The position numbers and the translations under genes were made by a program. DNA of 64,000 nt from the human T2T-CHM13v2.0 reference genome, Homo sapiens. Positions within the stretch are counted from its first letter, which is position 1. Each line of letters starts with the position of its first letter. Positions 13,787 to 28,549 of the stretch are shown in pieces. The stretch lies in the NCBI RefSeq assembly GCF_009914755.1, contig NC_060937.1, one strand, 5' to 3'. Below the pieces are notes generated by a model that did no database searches, was not told the origin of the DNA, and saw only the letters and a list, made by a program, of their open reading frames with translations.

Positions 13787-15394
13787 CTTTCAGCTCTTAC
13801 AAGACCATTATAGACACCCGTGCTTGTCAACAACCTCCTGCTCTGATAACCTCAACATAAATTTATTTCATCAAACAGCAGATGCTCTCTTGTCCCACCA
13901 GCCCAGACACCAGTGGGTGAGAGTCATGGAAGGTGTTCATTTTCTGCAAAATATTCATTAGTACTTTAGAGAACCAAAGTAATTTTCAGAAAACTACCTA
14001 TTTTCCAAATACCTCAGAGGAAACTGACCATATCTGGATCACTGGTGATAGAACCTAATTAGGTGAAGCCAATGGCAGTCTTCCATCCCCTGAGATTAGT
14101 ACAGGGATGGGCACCATAATCCGAGATGAAATAAGCAGAATAAAAACAAGGACTCATATTTCATGTTACATTGTATACCAGGAAGTATATATCCCCCATG
14201 GCCACTGGCAGCCATATTGCGAGCACAAGGAGAACCAGTCTTAGGATGAAACTAATGCTGCCCTACCTTTGAAATCCAGTTATGTAGATAAATGTTCTTA
14301 TTGCATACACAAGCTTGAGTCAGGTATTTTGATTCCTCGTAGGTGAAACTACTTAATTAATTTAAGTGGTCTTATGAGTAATTTGTACTCCAATGTCTCT
14401 GAAATTTTCCTAGAATTTAACTACTAATCCCAGGGACTGGGCCAGAAGAAGCTCTAAGTAGTAAACAATATAACTCAATGTTGTCCTCTTTTTCCAGTGC
14501 TAGAGCACTGTGGTTGACCCAAGGGTGTGAGCTTCTTTTAGTGGGTTATTCTCCCAAGATAATTCTATCATTATGCAACTAGACTTTTCCTACCCACCTG
14601 AAAAATAGGACCTGTTATACCCTACGATGTCAAGCTAGGCTCATGCTGGAACTCCCAAAACATGAACAAATGTAGTTTTATAAAGTTTGAGCTGAAAAAA
14701 TGTTGTGGTTTTTTTTTTTTCTTTTAGTTTATTCAGCTTAATCCCCTCTTTTTAGGTAAACCTACAATGGGGAAATGACTTGACTAAGAAAGCAATAGAC
14801 TAGACCTAGAGATAGGACAGAGCCCAAGGCTTCAGTTCTGTGCTCGACCTGCTGTCCTGGTACACTGAGGCTGAAAACTCATTTCCAGCACCCCTTCTCA
14901 ATGGCACATGAACATTATATAAACACTGTATAGTTAAGTCGTCTGAATTTTTCATTTTTGCCATATTAGCTGTTATTACTGTTATTGGTGTTTTCTGAGA
15001 AATAACTAGCTCACAGTGCTTAGATGCAGTGAAAATCTAAAGGACAAACCATTTGGAAAAGAGTTTAAAGCTCCAAGTTAAGGTTCAGCATCAGTTGTCC
15101 TACTGATGTTGAGGTTATCTGATTATACTTAGGCTTCTTAAGCGTGTTCTAAAATAATCAAGTAATCAGTTAACAGAACACCCTATATTTTAATATAAAA
15201 AAGCACAAATAGCAAGATGAACTTTTATTTTATAAAGAATCCATATTAAATGCTTAATTATGAACGTTGCTGCTAAAGAAGTCTTTGAAATGTCATTTTC
15301 AATATATCCTTGACCTACTTAAGAACAGACACTTGTTTCTTTTCTCCATCCTCAAATTTAGAAATCTCTGGCTGATTTTTAAAGCATTTTGTAG

Positions 15395-16562
15395 ATCACA
15401 TCAAGTTAAAAAGCTTCTGCACAGCAAAGAAAACAATCAACAGAATGAAGAGAAAACCCACAGAAATATTTGCAAACTACCCAACTGACAAGGAATTCAT
15501 AACCAGGAAATGTAAGGCGCTCAAACAACTTTACAGGAAAAAAAATCTAATAACCCAATTTAAAAATAGACAAAAGATCTGAATAGACATTTCTCCAAAG
15601 AAGACATGCAAATGGCAAACAGGTGTATGAAAAGGTGCTCAACATCATGATCATTAGAGACATGCAAATCAAAACTACAATGAAATATCATTTCACCCCA
15701 GTTAAAGTGGCTTTTATCCAAAACACAGGCAATAACAAATGCTGGCGAGGATGTGCAGAAAAGAGAACACTTACACACTGTTGGTGGGAATGTAAATTAG
15801 TACAACCACTGTGGAGAACAGCTTGGAGGTTCCTAAAAAAAGCTATAAATAAAGCTGCCATATGATCCAGCAATCTCACTGCTGAGTATAGACCCAAAAG
15901 AAAGGAAACCAGTATATCAAAGAGATATCTGCACTCCCATATTTATTGCAACACAATTCACAATAGCCAGGATTTGGAAGCAACCTAAGTGTCCATAGAC
16001 AGATGAATAGATAAAGAAAACGTGGTACATGCACACAATGGAGCATTATTCAACCATAAAAAAGAATGAGATCCTGTCATTTGCAACAACATGGATGGAA
16101 CCAGAGGTCATTATGTTAAGTGAAATAAGCCAGACACAGAAAGACCAACTTTGCATGTTCTCACTTATTTGTGGGAGCTAAAAATTAAAATCATTGAACT
16201 CATGGAGATAGAGAGTAGAAGGATGGCTACTAGAGGCTGTGAAGAGTAGTGGTGGAGGTGGCAGGGAGTGGTGATGGTTAATGGGTACAAAAAAAATGGT
16301 TGGAAAGAATGAATAAAACCTAGTATTTTGACAGCACAACAGCATGACTATAGTCAATAATGATTTTATTGTACATTTAAAAACAACTGAAAGAGGATGA
16401 TTGGATTGTTTGTAGCACAAAGGATAAATGCTTGAGGTGATAGATACTCCATTTACTTTGATGTGATTATTACACATTGCATGCCTGTATCAAAATACCC
16501 CATAAATATATACACTTACGTACCCACGAAAATTAAAAATTTAAAAATAAATAAATAAAAAG
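15395..16562 (+). mobile_element. L1MA 3' portion
   Basis: ORF2 C-terminal remnant ([21 protein letters not shown]) plus L1MA 3' UTR and A-rich tail. Confidence 0.92.
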
Positions 16563-18064
16563 CAATCCGTGACCACCAATTATTCAGCTATTTCACTTCA
16601 TCACCTCCTGTATTCTCTGAAACATCTGCACTATAGCCAGAAACTTCCATTTAACAACATGCTATGGTATTCGGGAGTATTCCTCCCTCAGGTTTCAGCC
16701 TATGTTTACCCTATACCTGAAATGCCCTCTCAACCAACTCTTCCATGACAGTTCAAGTTCCATTCATCCTATGGGGCTCTTTATAAATGCCTTCTCATTC
16801 ATGATGAGTCCAGCCCATACTGATTGTCCTTACCTTTTCTTGCTTTCACAACTGTGCTACCGATTGTTGTGTTATGGTTTTTTTTTAATATTTCATGTGT
16901 GGATTTTTTCAAATTTGATTGTAAGCTGTTAAAGAATAAGCAATGATGTTTTTCTTTCTTACATGCATTCTACAGAGCATCTTGCACATATGGAAGTTGA
17001 AAGCTCCTCTACAAGCTTACTGATTGATGGATAGAAATAACTAGAGTACAAGTGAAGTGGTGCCCTCTTTGCCTTCCTCCCCTCTCCAGGGCCTTCACTG
17101 CCACTGTCCTGTTAGAGTACCATTAACTTCCAATGTTAGAACAGGCTCTTGATGGCTGAGGACCAAGTTTTGTTTGTTTGTTTTTGTTCTCTTCCACTGC
17201 GTTCTTTCTGCCTTGCTGTAGATTCTGAGTAGATCAGTTAAGATCTTCACGCCTATAGAAATGGCAGACAGAATCTCAAATTTTAAAGGACAACTAGGAT
17301 GTTGATAATCTCTTCTGGTTCCAAGTAGGGTAGAGCATAAGCTGTTTCAGCAAAGTTCTTGTTCTCAAAATCCCCAGGCAATCTTAGGTGTCTTGCAGAG
17401 ATATGAAGTTATTTCTAATATCTAATCTAAATCTCTGTCTGCCACTCAAGTCTCTTCCCTTTATCACAACCCTAAGTGAAAACAGGAACTAGGGCTTTCT
17501 TTGCTGAAAACCGTGTCCACACCATATAGCTATTTTTAAAAAGATGTATTCCCAGCTTATCTTCTTTACAAGTTAAGGACATGGTGTTGTGTTTTATATC
17601 TGGTCTCTGTTTGAAAATAAATGGCCATCTAGAGTACAGGCTATAAGGAAGTAAGCTCTTCTTCAAACATACAGAAAGTAGAGACAAATTTTGTCACATT
17701 TGCTTTAAATATTTTATTTTAAAATTTGAACTATTATAGATGTAGGTGAATGATGCCTTTGTACCACTGCCTGTTTTCCCTTCCAAAGAGTGATGACTAT
17801 TCAGGGACATTTTTTTTCCTGGCAAGTTTAAAAATAATATATATGTATATTCACAGAAATATATATAACGAACATATCTCATATACACATATATATCATA
17901 TACATGTTTATGTCATGGGATATCTACATAAATTCCATATACAATATGCACCATTTTTAAGTGTTCATATTCTTTATGTAAATCATACCACAGTATATGT
18001 ATCACTCTGGAACTTTCTTATACTTAAGACTTAGTATGTTCTTAAGATTTCACTTATGCATCTA

Positions 18065-18405
18065 CAGTAATGTGTTACTTAACAACAGGGACACATTCTG
18101 AGAAATGCATCATTAGGCGATTTTACCATTGTGTGATTACCACAGAGTGTACTTACACACACCCAAATAGTGTAGCCTACTACATACCTAGGCTGTATGG
18201 TGTAGCCTATTGCATCTAGGCTACAAACCTGTATAGCACGTTACTATACTGAATACTGTAGGCAATTGAAACACAATGGTCTTTGTGTATCTAAACATAT
18301 CAAACATAGAAAAGGTACAGTAAAAATACAATATTATATTCTTCAGGACTGCTGTCATATATGAAGTTTGTTGTTGATGAAATGTCATTACGCAGTACAT
18401 GACTG
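18065..18405 (+). mobile_element. Tigger3a/MER7 DNA transposon
   Basis: TA-flanked CAGT...ACTG ends; TTCTGAGAAATGCATCATTAGGCGATTTT; TAGGCTACAAACCTGTA. Confidence 0.9.
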
Positions 18406-19439
18406 TATTATAAAACTTGAACCCATCCTATGGTAAATCTAAGAACTTTCCGCAGCAGAAAAAAATATCTAAAACCAGAATCTAGTTAAAAATGAATTTT
18501 GAGTTTTGAAAGGGCAATTTAACAGTTTGGAAAAGTACCAATGCTTATACACTCATAAAATCATGCTGCTTTCAAACATTTTAAGAAACTCTCAAAATAT
18601 TTTGAGACACAGTTGTAAAGTTTTCCCTGTTTTCTAAAAATAAATATATCTAAAGATTGGTCTGGAGATAATGAACAAAAATCTATTAGTAAATTTACTA
18701 ATTAGGGTCATGTCTACGTGTTTATGAAAACATTAAACATTTGTTTATTTGAAGTAAAATCACTTTAGCCAACTACCATAAATATTGGCTGCCTGTCAGA
18801 AATGATGTACCCGAATTTCACGTTTTTCATTTCCTCATGGTAACCCAGCCCACACAATATTTTTACATAATGACAGCTGTCAGGAAAGCAGAATATCTTA
18901 TATATACATTGTATTTTGATTAATGAGCTAATGATGGTTCTCTGTTTAAAGTAATTAGCCCCCAATGTGGTTTTTAGCCAAAGTGTGCTCAGAGTTGACA
19001 ATGATGTGATTATGTTATCCAGTTAGGGTATAGCCAAAATGATCACATTGCCTATAGCAATGCTTTTTGAAGTGCCATTACTAGGTTATAAAATCAACTT
19101 AATATATTTTATTAGGGTTGAATAAAGAAAAGAAACCTAATAGATTAGAATATACCAAAGATATTAGCATACCTTGAGTACAACATGTGTAGGTTTATGA
19201 AACCTTTGTTTTAATAATGTGTGTATCTTTTGTGTGACTGCAAAGTCATCCTATAAAATGTATTTCTGACCGTGGATTACAGTAAAAACATTTTTAGAAA
19301 CCCTAGGCTTCTTTCAGGTTTTTATTGCAACTGAAGTTGTTCTAGCTTTGGCCCTTGGCTGTGTAATGATTGAAGTCATTCCCTTATACACACTTATGCT
19401 TTCTTACCACCCCTTGGCCAGCCCTTTGGTGGAGCCCAT

Positions 19440-20345
<906 letters not shown>

Positions 20346-22962
20346 TCTAGTGCATTCTTAAGTTATGTCCTGTCTTTTATGAGAAACTTCTAACTCTCCT
20401 TTGAAGTAGCTATTCTTTTTACATTTTCTCCTTATAGGGCCCATTCCCATCTGGCTCTACAAGATATTAGAGCAACAGCTTCTACTAACTTCTAGGAATT
20501 CATCCAGAAGAGTGTATTGAAAGTCAAAAAAAAAAAGGAGTCTCTGTTTACAATTTATAGTCTTAATATAACTAATCTAGGCAAAATCATCAAAACATGT
20601 GCTTCTGCTGAACTTATTTATCCAACATGGAAAATAAAATAGTAAAAAAAGGTCAGAAAATAAATCTTGGGGATAGTTGGTTTACAACATAAAACTAAGG
20701 AAGAAAAGTAACAGGATCAGTGCAATGGGCCCAGTTTCCCCCGCCCCTGCTGGAGTTACCACATTTAGTGAATAAACTAAACTGTGGAGTTGGCTCTGCT
20801 GCTGAGGCAGGAGTGTTATGTACTTGGGCCATCTCATTCATTTCCCGCCTGAAAATTTCCAACATAGCCAGAAAGACAGGCTGCTACTTGCACCTAATGA
20901 AGTCAACAATGCCTTTGTGTACTGACTCCAAAAATGATAGCTTGATCTGGACATTGTTATATGAAGCATATGTAAAGTAGCTTCTGTTTTGCAAGAGTTA
21001 GATTATTGTTAAATAAATCATTTCTGGAAAAAATGGTAGAAAGTCACTTCTGAGTTGTACATGGTTACCACAGGAATGTCATTTGGATGTTTGCTCACTG
21101 AAGACACACCTGATGTTAGAAATAAGAAACGGAGGCAACTTCAAATACATTGACATCATAAAATAGCAAGCAAGCAAACAAAAAATGCACAAAAGCTCAG
21201 CAAGGGGTGTCTAAAGATTTGGCCACTCCTTTTAATCATTGTCCTAACCTCTGTTATTTATTTAAAATACTGTTCAGATTATGTAAAAAGCAAAAAAAGT
21301 ATTTTTTTTCTTCTATCCCCAAATTTTTACCTTCTTTGTCCCAATCTATACTTATGGTCTGAGCAATGTGAACATCAATTCAGCTATAAAGCTCCTTTTA
21401 ACTCAGTGTTTAACTCTGAAACCAGAAATGTTGCACCATAGCTTGTTCATACTTCTTAATCTTTTAAATCTTAATCCACATTTTAAGTAGATAGCAATAT
21501 GTCTGGAGAGTGCCCATCCACAAGAAGGTGACAGAGTCTATTTCGTTATAGGCGTGCCACTTTTTTGTCAATTTAGTCACAATTTAATCAATTACTGCCA
21601 TTACTATGGAAATTACTACAGAATGAATATTGTAGTCTTTAAGTACAGAGCAATCCTTTTACATTTTAACTCAATATTAAATCCTTTTTAAATCTCTAGT
21701 TTCTTCCCAAATCCAGAACAAAGGATGCTTGCTTTGTTACAATCTTCACCTCTAGTATAATCTTAATAAGAAATACAAAAGACTCATTTACTCTGCCTAA
21801 AAGTTTTGATAAAGGTATTTTTTGGAATGTGCTGCATGTTTATGCTAAAAATAGAGAAATTATAAGCACTTTTAAAGGATAATCTGTTTATTAATTGAAT
21901 TATATTATCAAAGAATTAGAGATATTTAGTGAACAAATGAAGAAGACTAAGTTTTCAGAAATGTTGCTTTTGCATGATCAATATAATTGCAAAAGTCAAC
22001 ATGAAATTGACATTATTCTGTGGAAGTTACAACACTTTCTCTTTAAATACTCAGTCAATATTACCTATTTTTGCTCTTAAGCAAAACATTGGGTGAAATG
22101 CTCACATTACCAGAAAAATTTGTTAATCTTTGGCAAGCAACAAACCATGTTTAGTACTTGCATTTCCTGTTTTACAGATGTTTTGTTAGACTGAATTAAT
22201 AAAATATCTTATTACTATTTGAAGAGTATTTTACTTATAGTGAGAAAGCAGCAGATATGAACAGCTTTGATTTTAGTAATGTGTCTCCTTAAGCCTCTTA
22301 ATTGTAGAGACTGTTGGTAAAAGTAATTAAGATTTACCAAAAGAGAATCAGGATATCATTGTTTAGGCACCTAAGAGGAAGAACAGGGTAAAATGAAGCC
22401 AGAAATTAATAGTATTTCCACCATCAAATTAAAAATACTAAAAATTTTAGAAAATATATCACAGTTGAAGTGATTCAAGTGCAACTATGGTTAGACTTTA
22501 GTAACCACCCTTTTATTCTTATTATTCTTTTTAACTGTGATCATATTTTCTATAAAAGTTTATATCCTGCTTCAAAAAACAATTTTTTAAAATTTTGGTT
22601 TCCCCATTTATTATCATGTTAAAAAATGCATAGCTTGAAAAAAATCTCAAACACACTGCATTGTAGAAAATATTAATAGCATATGTAAAAGCAAATTAGG
22701 TGATGATAACTAGGACATCAAGTTATTAAGATTATATGAATTGTGTGATGGTTGCTAGGGTGCCAGGCAGCAAAATGTGTAATTATCTGATTATCTGATT
22801 TATTTAATTCTGGCAGTCTATCTCTACAGATACTTCAGCCAGAAAAGTATACTTTGGAGCTTGAATTACCTGAATTTCTAGCTACCTTGATTTTATATAA
22901 ATATATGTAACACTTATAACTATATACACACACATACACATATGGAAATGTGTAAACATAGC

Positions 22963-23507
22963 ACCAATACTCTTCAGCCAAGGAAGCCAGGAAGTCACCT
23001 GTAGTTGAACAAGTTTGGTTCATTACTTGTTGCAGCAAGGAAGAACACACATCACGGAAATCATGGGTGTTTCAGTAAGAGGGTGTTAGAAAGGACCTTA
23101 TAGGATTTGGGCTTTGATTGAGTGATTTGAGGTAGAGTCTAAGGCAGCGGGGATTCCCTCTAGATTGGATGCTGTTAGAAAGTGGAGCACTTCTGTAATG
23201 GGAGATCTCACTTACTCTTATAGGAAGGGGAAACTATAGTGAGAATAAAGTTGTCATTGGTAAAGAAGGAGCACTCATTTTGGCCAAGAGATAGGATGTT
23301 TGGTACTTCATGGGTGGCAAAGTGACTTGCTTTTGTCTGTGCTCACACAAAATTATGAATGGTCTTATTTAATCATGGTCTCAAAGTAGCCCGGTCAGAG
23401 GCTGGTTTTCTGTGAGATGGTTCATGTCTAATGGGAGAATCGCAGGGTCTGCCTATGAGAGCCAGGCCAGCTTCTGGGTGTCAGGTGCTGCCCTTTTTCC
23501 TTCCTCA
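22963..23507 (-). mobile_element. Old ERV1-like solo LTR (possibly MER90/MER110 group)
   Basis: ~550-bp block with TG start on minus strand (TGAGGAAGG...AGCTGGCCTGGC) and TCAGTAAGAGGGTGTTAGAAAGGAC...ATAGGATTTGG motif. Confidence 0.55.
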
Positions 23508-24349
23508 ATAGCTTCAGTCATTCTTATGCTACGATGGGCAGATCTCACAAGTTTATGTGTGCCTTTTTTTCACACTGCCAAGTACAGTTCAGTTTTAGGT
23601 TGGGTTGGTTACGAGAGAACAGAAAGGGAATATTCTTCCCAGAAAGAATGATTCAGTGCTACTCATACTCACTGGTCCCCTTTCTACATAGTTGATGCTC
23701 TCGAGAGCGGACTTTTCTCCCAATCTGATGCTTCAGGATGATGGTGCTTTCTCTATTGTCACTCAATGAGCATTTGATGGCAGGAAAATTTGGTAGAAGA
23801 GAACAACTTTTTCTCCTGAGAAAAATGATGATAAACATGGATTTTAATTTTAATTTTGTTTTGAAAGAAGCAATCTTACAGATTTTTAATAATATAGAGG
23901 AGAAAATATTCTTCCACTACCTTTAATACAATGTCTGTCTGCTCTAATTACCACTAAGCATTGCTGAAGGTTATTTGGCACTGAATTCTTCTCCCGTGCC
24001 CCACCCAGTTTTTTTTTTCTTTTTTCTCTTTTTACTAAAAACCAAACATCTATTGTTTCCAGCATTTAGAAGAGTCTCAAATTTTCTACTCAAGAGGTGT
24101 TAAGTTGCTGCTCCCTTCTTATTCTTTGTACAGAACTAGTACAGACTAGTACTGCAAGTAATTCACAGACTGTTTTATGATATACTAGATGTAATCAATT
24201 TGTTTTGATTTATAAAATTGGGAATACCACAAGCCACGACAGCTTAGCTATCCGCATAAATATTTACTCAAAAAATATTTGCTGAGCACATGCTATGTTT
24301 CCATATTATTTTGTCCCAGGCATGGGGACACCAGGGAGGGAAGGAAGGT

Positions 24350-24590
24350 GAAGAGCCCAGTCTCTGGAGTCCTAAGGCCTGGGTTGGAATTCCTGCTCAG
24401 CCACTTGCTAGTCATGTCATCATAGGCAGGTACTTGATCTCTCTCGACTCTACATTCTTCCTCTGTAAAATGTGGGTGACTAAATAATACTTACCCTTAA
24501 TGCTGTGGGAGGGCTGAAAGAGGTCATTCGAGTTAACTGCTTAGTGCAGTGCTCAGCATAGTTAATACTCAGTGAAGCCATTGTTATTTT
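24350..24590 (+). mobile_element. MIR
   Basis: CTGGGTTGGAATTCCTGCTC...TTCCTCTGTAAAATG core. Confidence 0.75.
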
Positions 24591-25244
24591 TTGACAAGAT
24601 AGTGGTGAATTACTAGATGCTATTCTTCCCTCAAGGAACTGACTGGTTCCTCTCACTGGTGAAATTGGAGGCATCTCACTTATTCTTGGGAAGAGTATTA
24701 GGAGGCAGGAAGAGAAGGCACTTAGTAAGACCTGATGGATGAGTGAGAGTTGTCCTGGCAGTGGTAAAGGGTAAGGGAGAAGGGAAGGAATGATGCTTGT
24801 GGAGAACAGGATGGTCTCAGCATTGGGGACACAATACCAAGTGCTAGATGTGACAGAGAAGAGAACCACAGGCAGTTCCTTGTGGCCACACTGTGGACTG
24901 GGTGGAGAGCGACATAGGTGGTGGGAACTGTAGCTGGGGAGTCCAGCCAGGACCGGATCTCAAGGGCCATGTGTTCAAAGCTTAGCACCTTAGACTTTAC
25001 CTTGAAGACAACAGGGATCTGGAGTCAGCCTATCAGTAATGGTATCCTTTTCAAAAAGGTACTTACATAATTTTTTTTAATGATAAAGGAAATTATTTAC
25101 AGAAAGGGCAGAGTTCATTGTTTTCTCATTCACAGAGTATAGCAACCGTTACCCGTACGAGCCTGGGCCTCTCATTTAATTTCTCCTGCCCCTCATTCCT
25201 TACCCATGCTTTCTCCCATTCCTCTCCATATTAAAGACACCCAT

Positions 25245-26393
<1,149 letters not shown>

Positions 26394-26886
26394 TAAATAT
26401 GCATGTATCCTTGTAAATTACATCGTGTTGTTCTTTGTGCCTTTTAAATTTACCTACATGGTATTCTGCTAAAAATAATTTCCTGCATCTAAATTTTTTT
26501 CTTTAGATACAAAGCATCTGTTTGTATATGTACACCAATCACTGTGTCAAACTGCTGTATACATAGCCCATATACAATACACATGGTAGCATTATTTATA
26601 ATAACAGTTTGAAATAACCTAAATACTGCACACTAGGGAATGGATAACTAACCCTAGTACACCAGCTGTGTTAAATATCATGCCTTCATTAACAATGATA
26701 CTTCTCGATATGAAGGGGCACATGCTTATGACAATGTTAAGTGAGAAAAGCAGACAAAACAGTCTAAATTGTGACAACAACCACAAAAATATACATTAAT
26801 ACAGCCAAGGGCTAGAAAGGATCAGAGAAAAATGAAACAGGTATGTATGTCTGAGCAAGGGAATCATGGGTAACATTTCTCATGTA

Positions 26887-27341
26887 CAGTAGCTCCCCCT
26901 ATTCGAAGTTTCGCTTTCCAAGGTGTCAGTTACCCCCAGTCGAACTTGGTCCAAAAATATTACACGAAAAATTCCAGAAACAATTCGTAAGTTTTAAATT
27001 GTACAGTGTTCTGAGTGGTGTGAAGAAATCTTGCACCATCCAGCTTCGTCCTGCAAAGGACCTGAATTCTACCTTTGTCCAGCGGATCCACACTGCAGAA
27101 GGTCCCCTCCTTATGAGTCACTTAGTAGCTGCAAGAGTAGTGATGCTGGCATACTGTGAGAATTGTTCTATTTTATTATTATTGTTGTTCATCTCTTACT
27201 GGGCCTAATTTTCAAATTAAACTTTATCACAGATATACATGCAAAGGAAAAAACAGTATATTAGGGTTTGGTACTATTTGCGGTTTTAGGCCTTCACTGG
27301 GGGTTTTGGATCCCATCCTACAGGAATAATGGGGTGCTCCT
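26887..27341 (+). mobile_element. MER44 (Tigger7-derived) DNA transposon
   Basis: TA|CAGTAG..CCCCTATT start, GGTCCAAAAATATTA, GGGTTTGGTACTAT, end ATAATGGGGTGCTCCTG|TA. Confidence 0.8.
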
Positions 27342-27819
27342 GTAGCTGTTAGTAAGACGATGGTGTGCCTGGGGATTTGTGCTATACACCACAGCATCTT
27401 CTACAGTCGTTTTGGGGGAGAGGGAAGATCAGAGCAGTACCAATCTGCTGCTCCTTGCCCCAAAACTGGCAAGAGGCGCCTTTCCTCAGCCAGAAAGGCC
27501 TCTTCTCCACCAGCTGTGTCCTGCAATCAACTGCAGCTGTATTGGTCTCACCCCATGGGAAACAGGTTTGAAGTTAAAAACCTTTTCAGAGGGCCGAGAT
27601 AAATTTAGTGCTGCTAAATTTAACTATCTTCAAGATTAAACATGAAAAGCAAAGTGCATGAGTTATGTATATTATTCTTTCAATTGTGCAAAAATAAGAC
27701 ATTAACTTGTTTTTGCATGGAAAAATTCTGCAAGAATAGAGAAGAAATGTTAACAGTTACCCCTGGGATCTGGGATAAAAGAGATACATCATGCTTTTCT
27801 TTAAAAAAAAAAAAAATAG

Positions 27820-28151
<332 letters not shown>

Positions 28152-28549
28152 TGAAAGGAATATGTACTTTCTTCTTAAAAACCATGTACCAAACAACACT
28201 TTTCAATTAAAATGTTATTTTTAAAAGTTTAAATCCCCAAATTTCATGGCTCTAACTTTTTAAACATCACTTTTTAAATAAATGTCTAAGTTTTTAACTC
28301 AGTATACAGCGTTCTCCAAAACAACAAATTCATATTCTGAGCCCAAAACTGTGCACCTCTTTTAGTGATGAGGACGGAGTCCAAATTGAGGACATCCCTT
28401 GTAGCTCACAATGCACACATATTCTCACATCAATAGCAACACAGAATGCAACTGATGACCAATATATATTCACAAATAATTGAGGACCATGGCTAAGAGT
28501 TGCATTCGGATTCCGATGTGACTGCTATTGTCCTTAACACGGACTAGCT

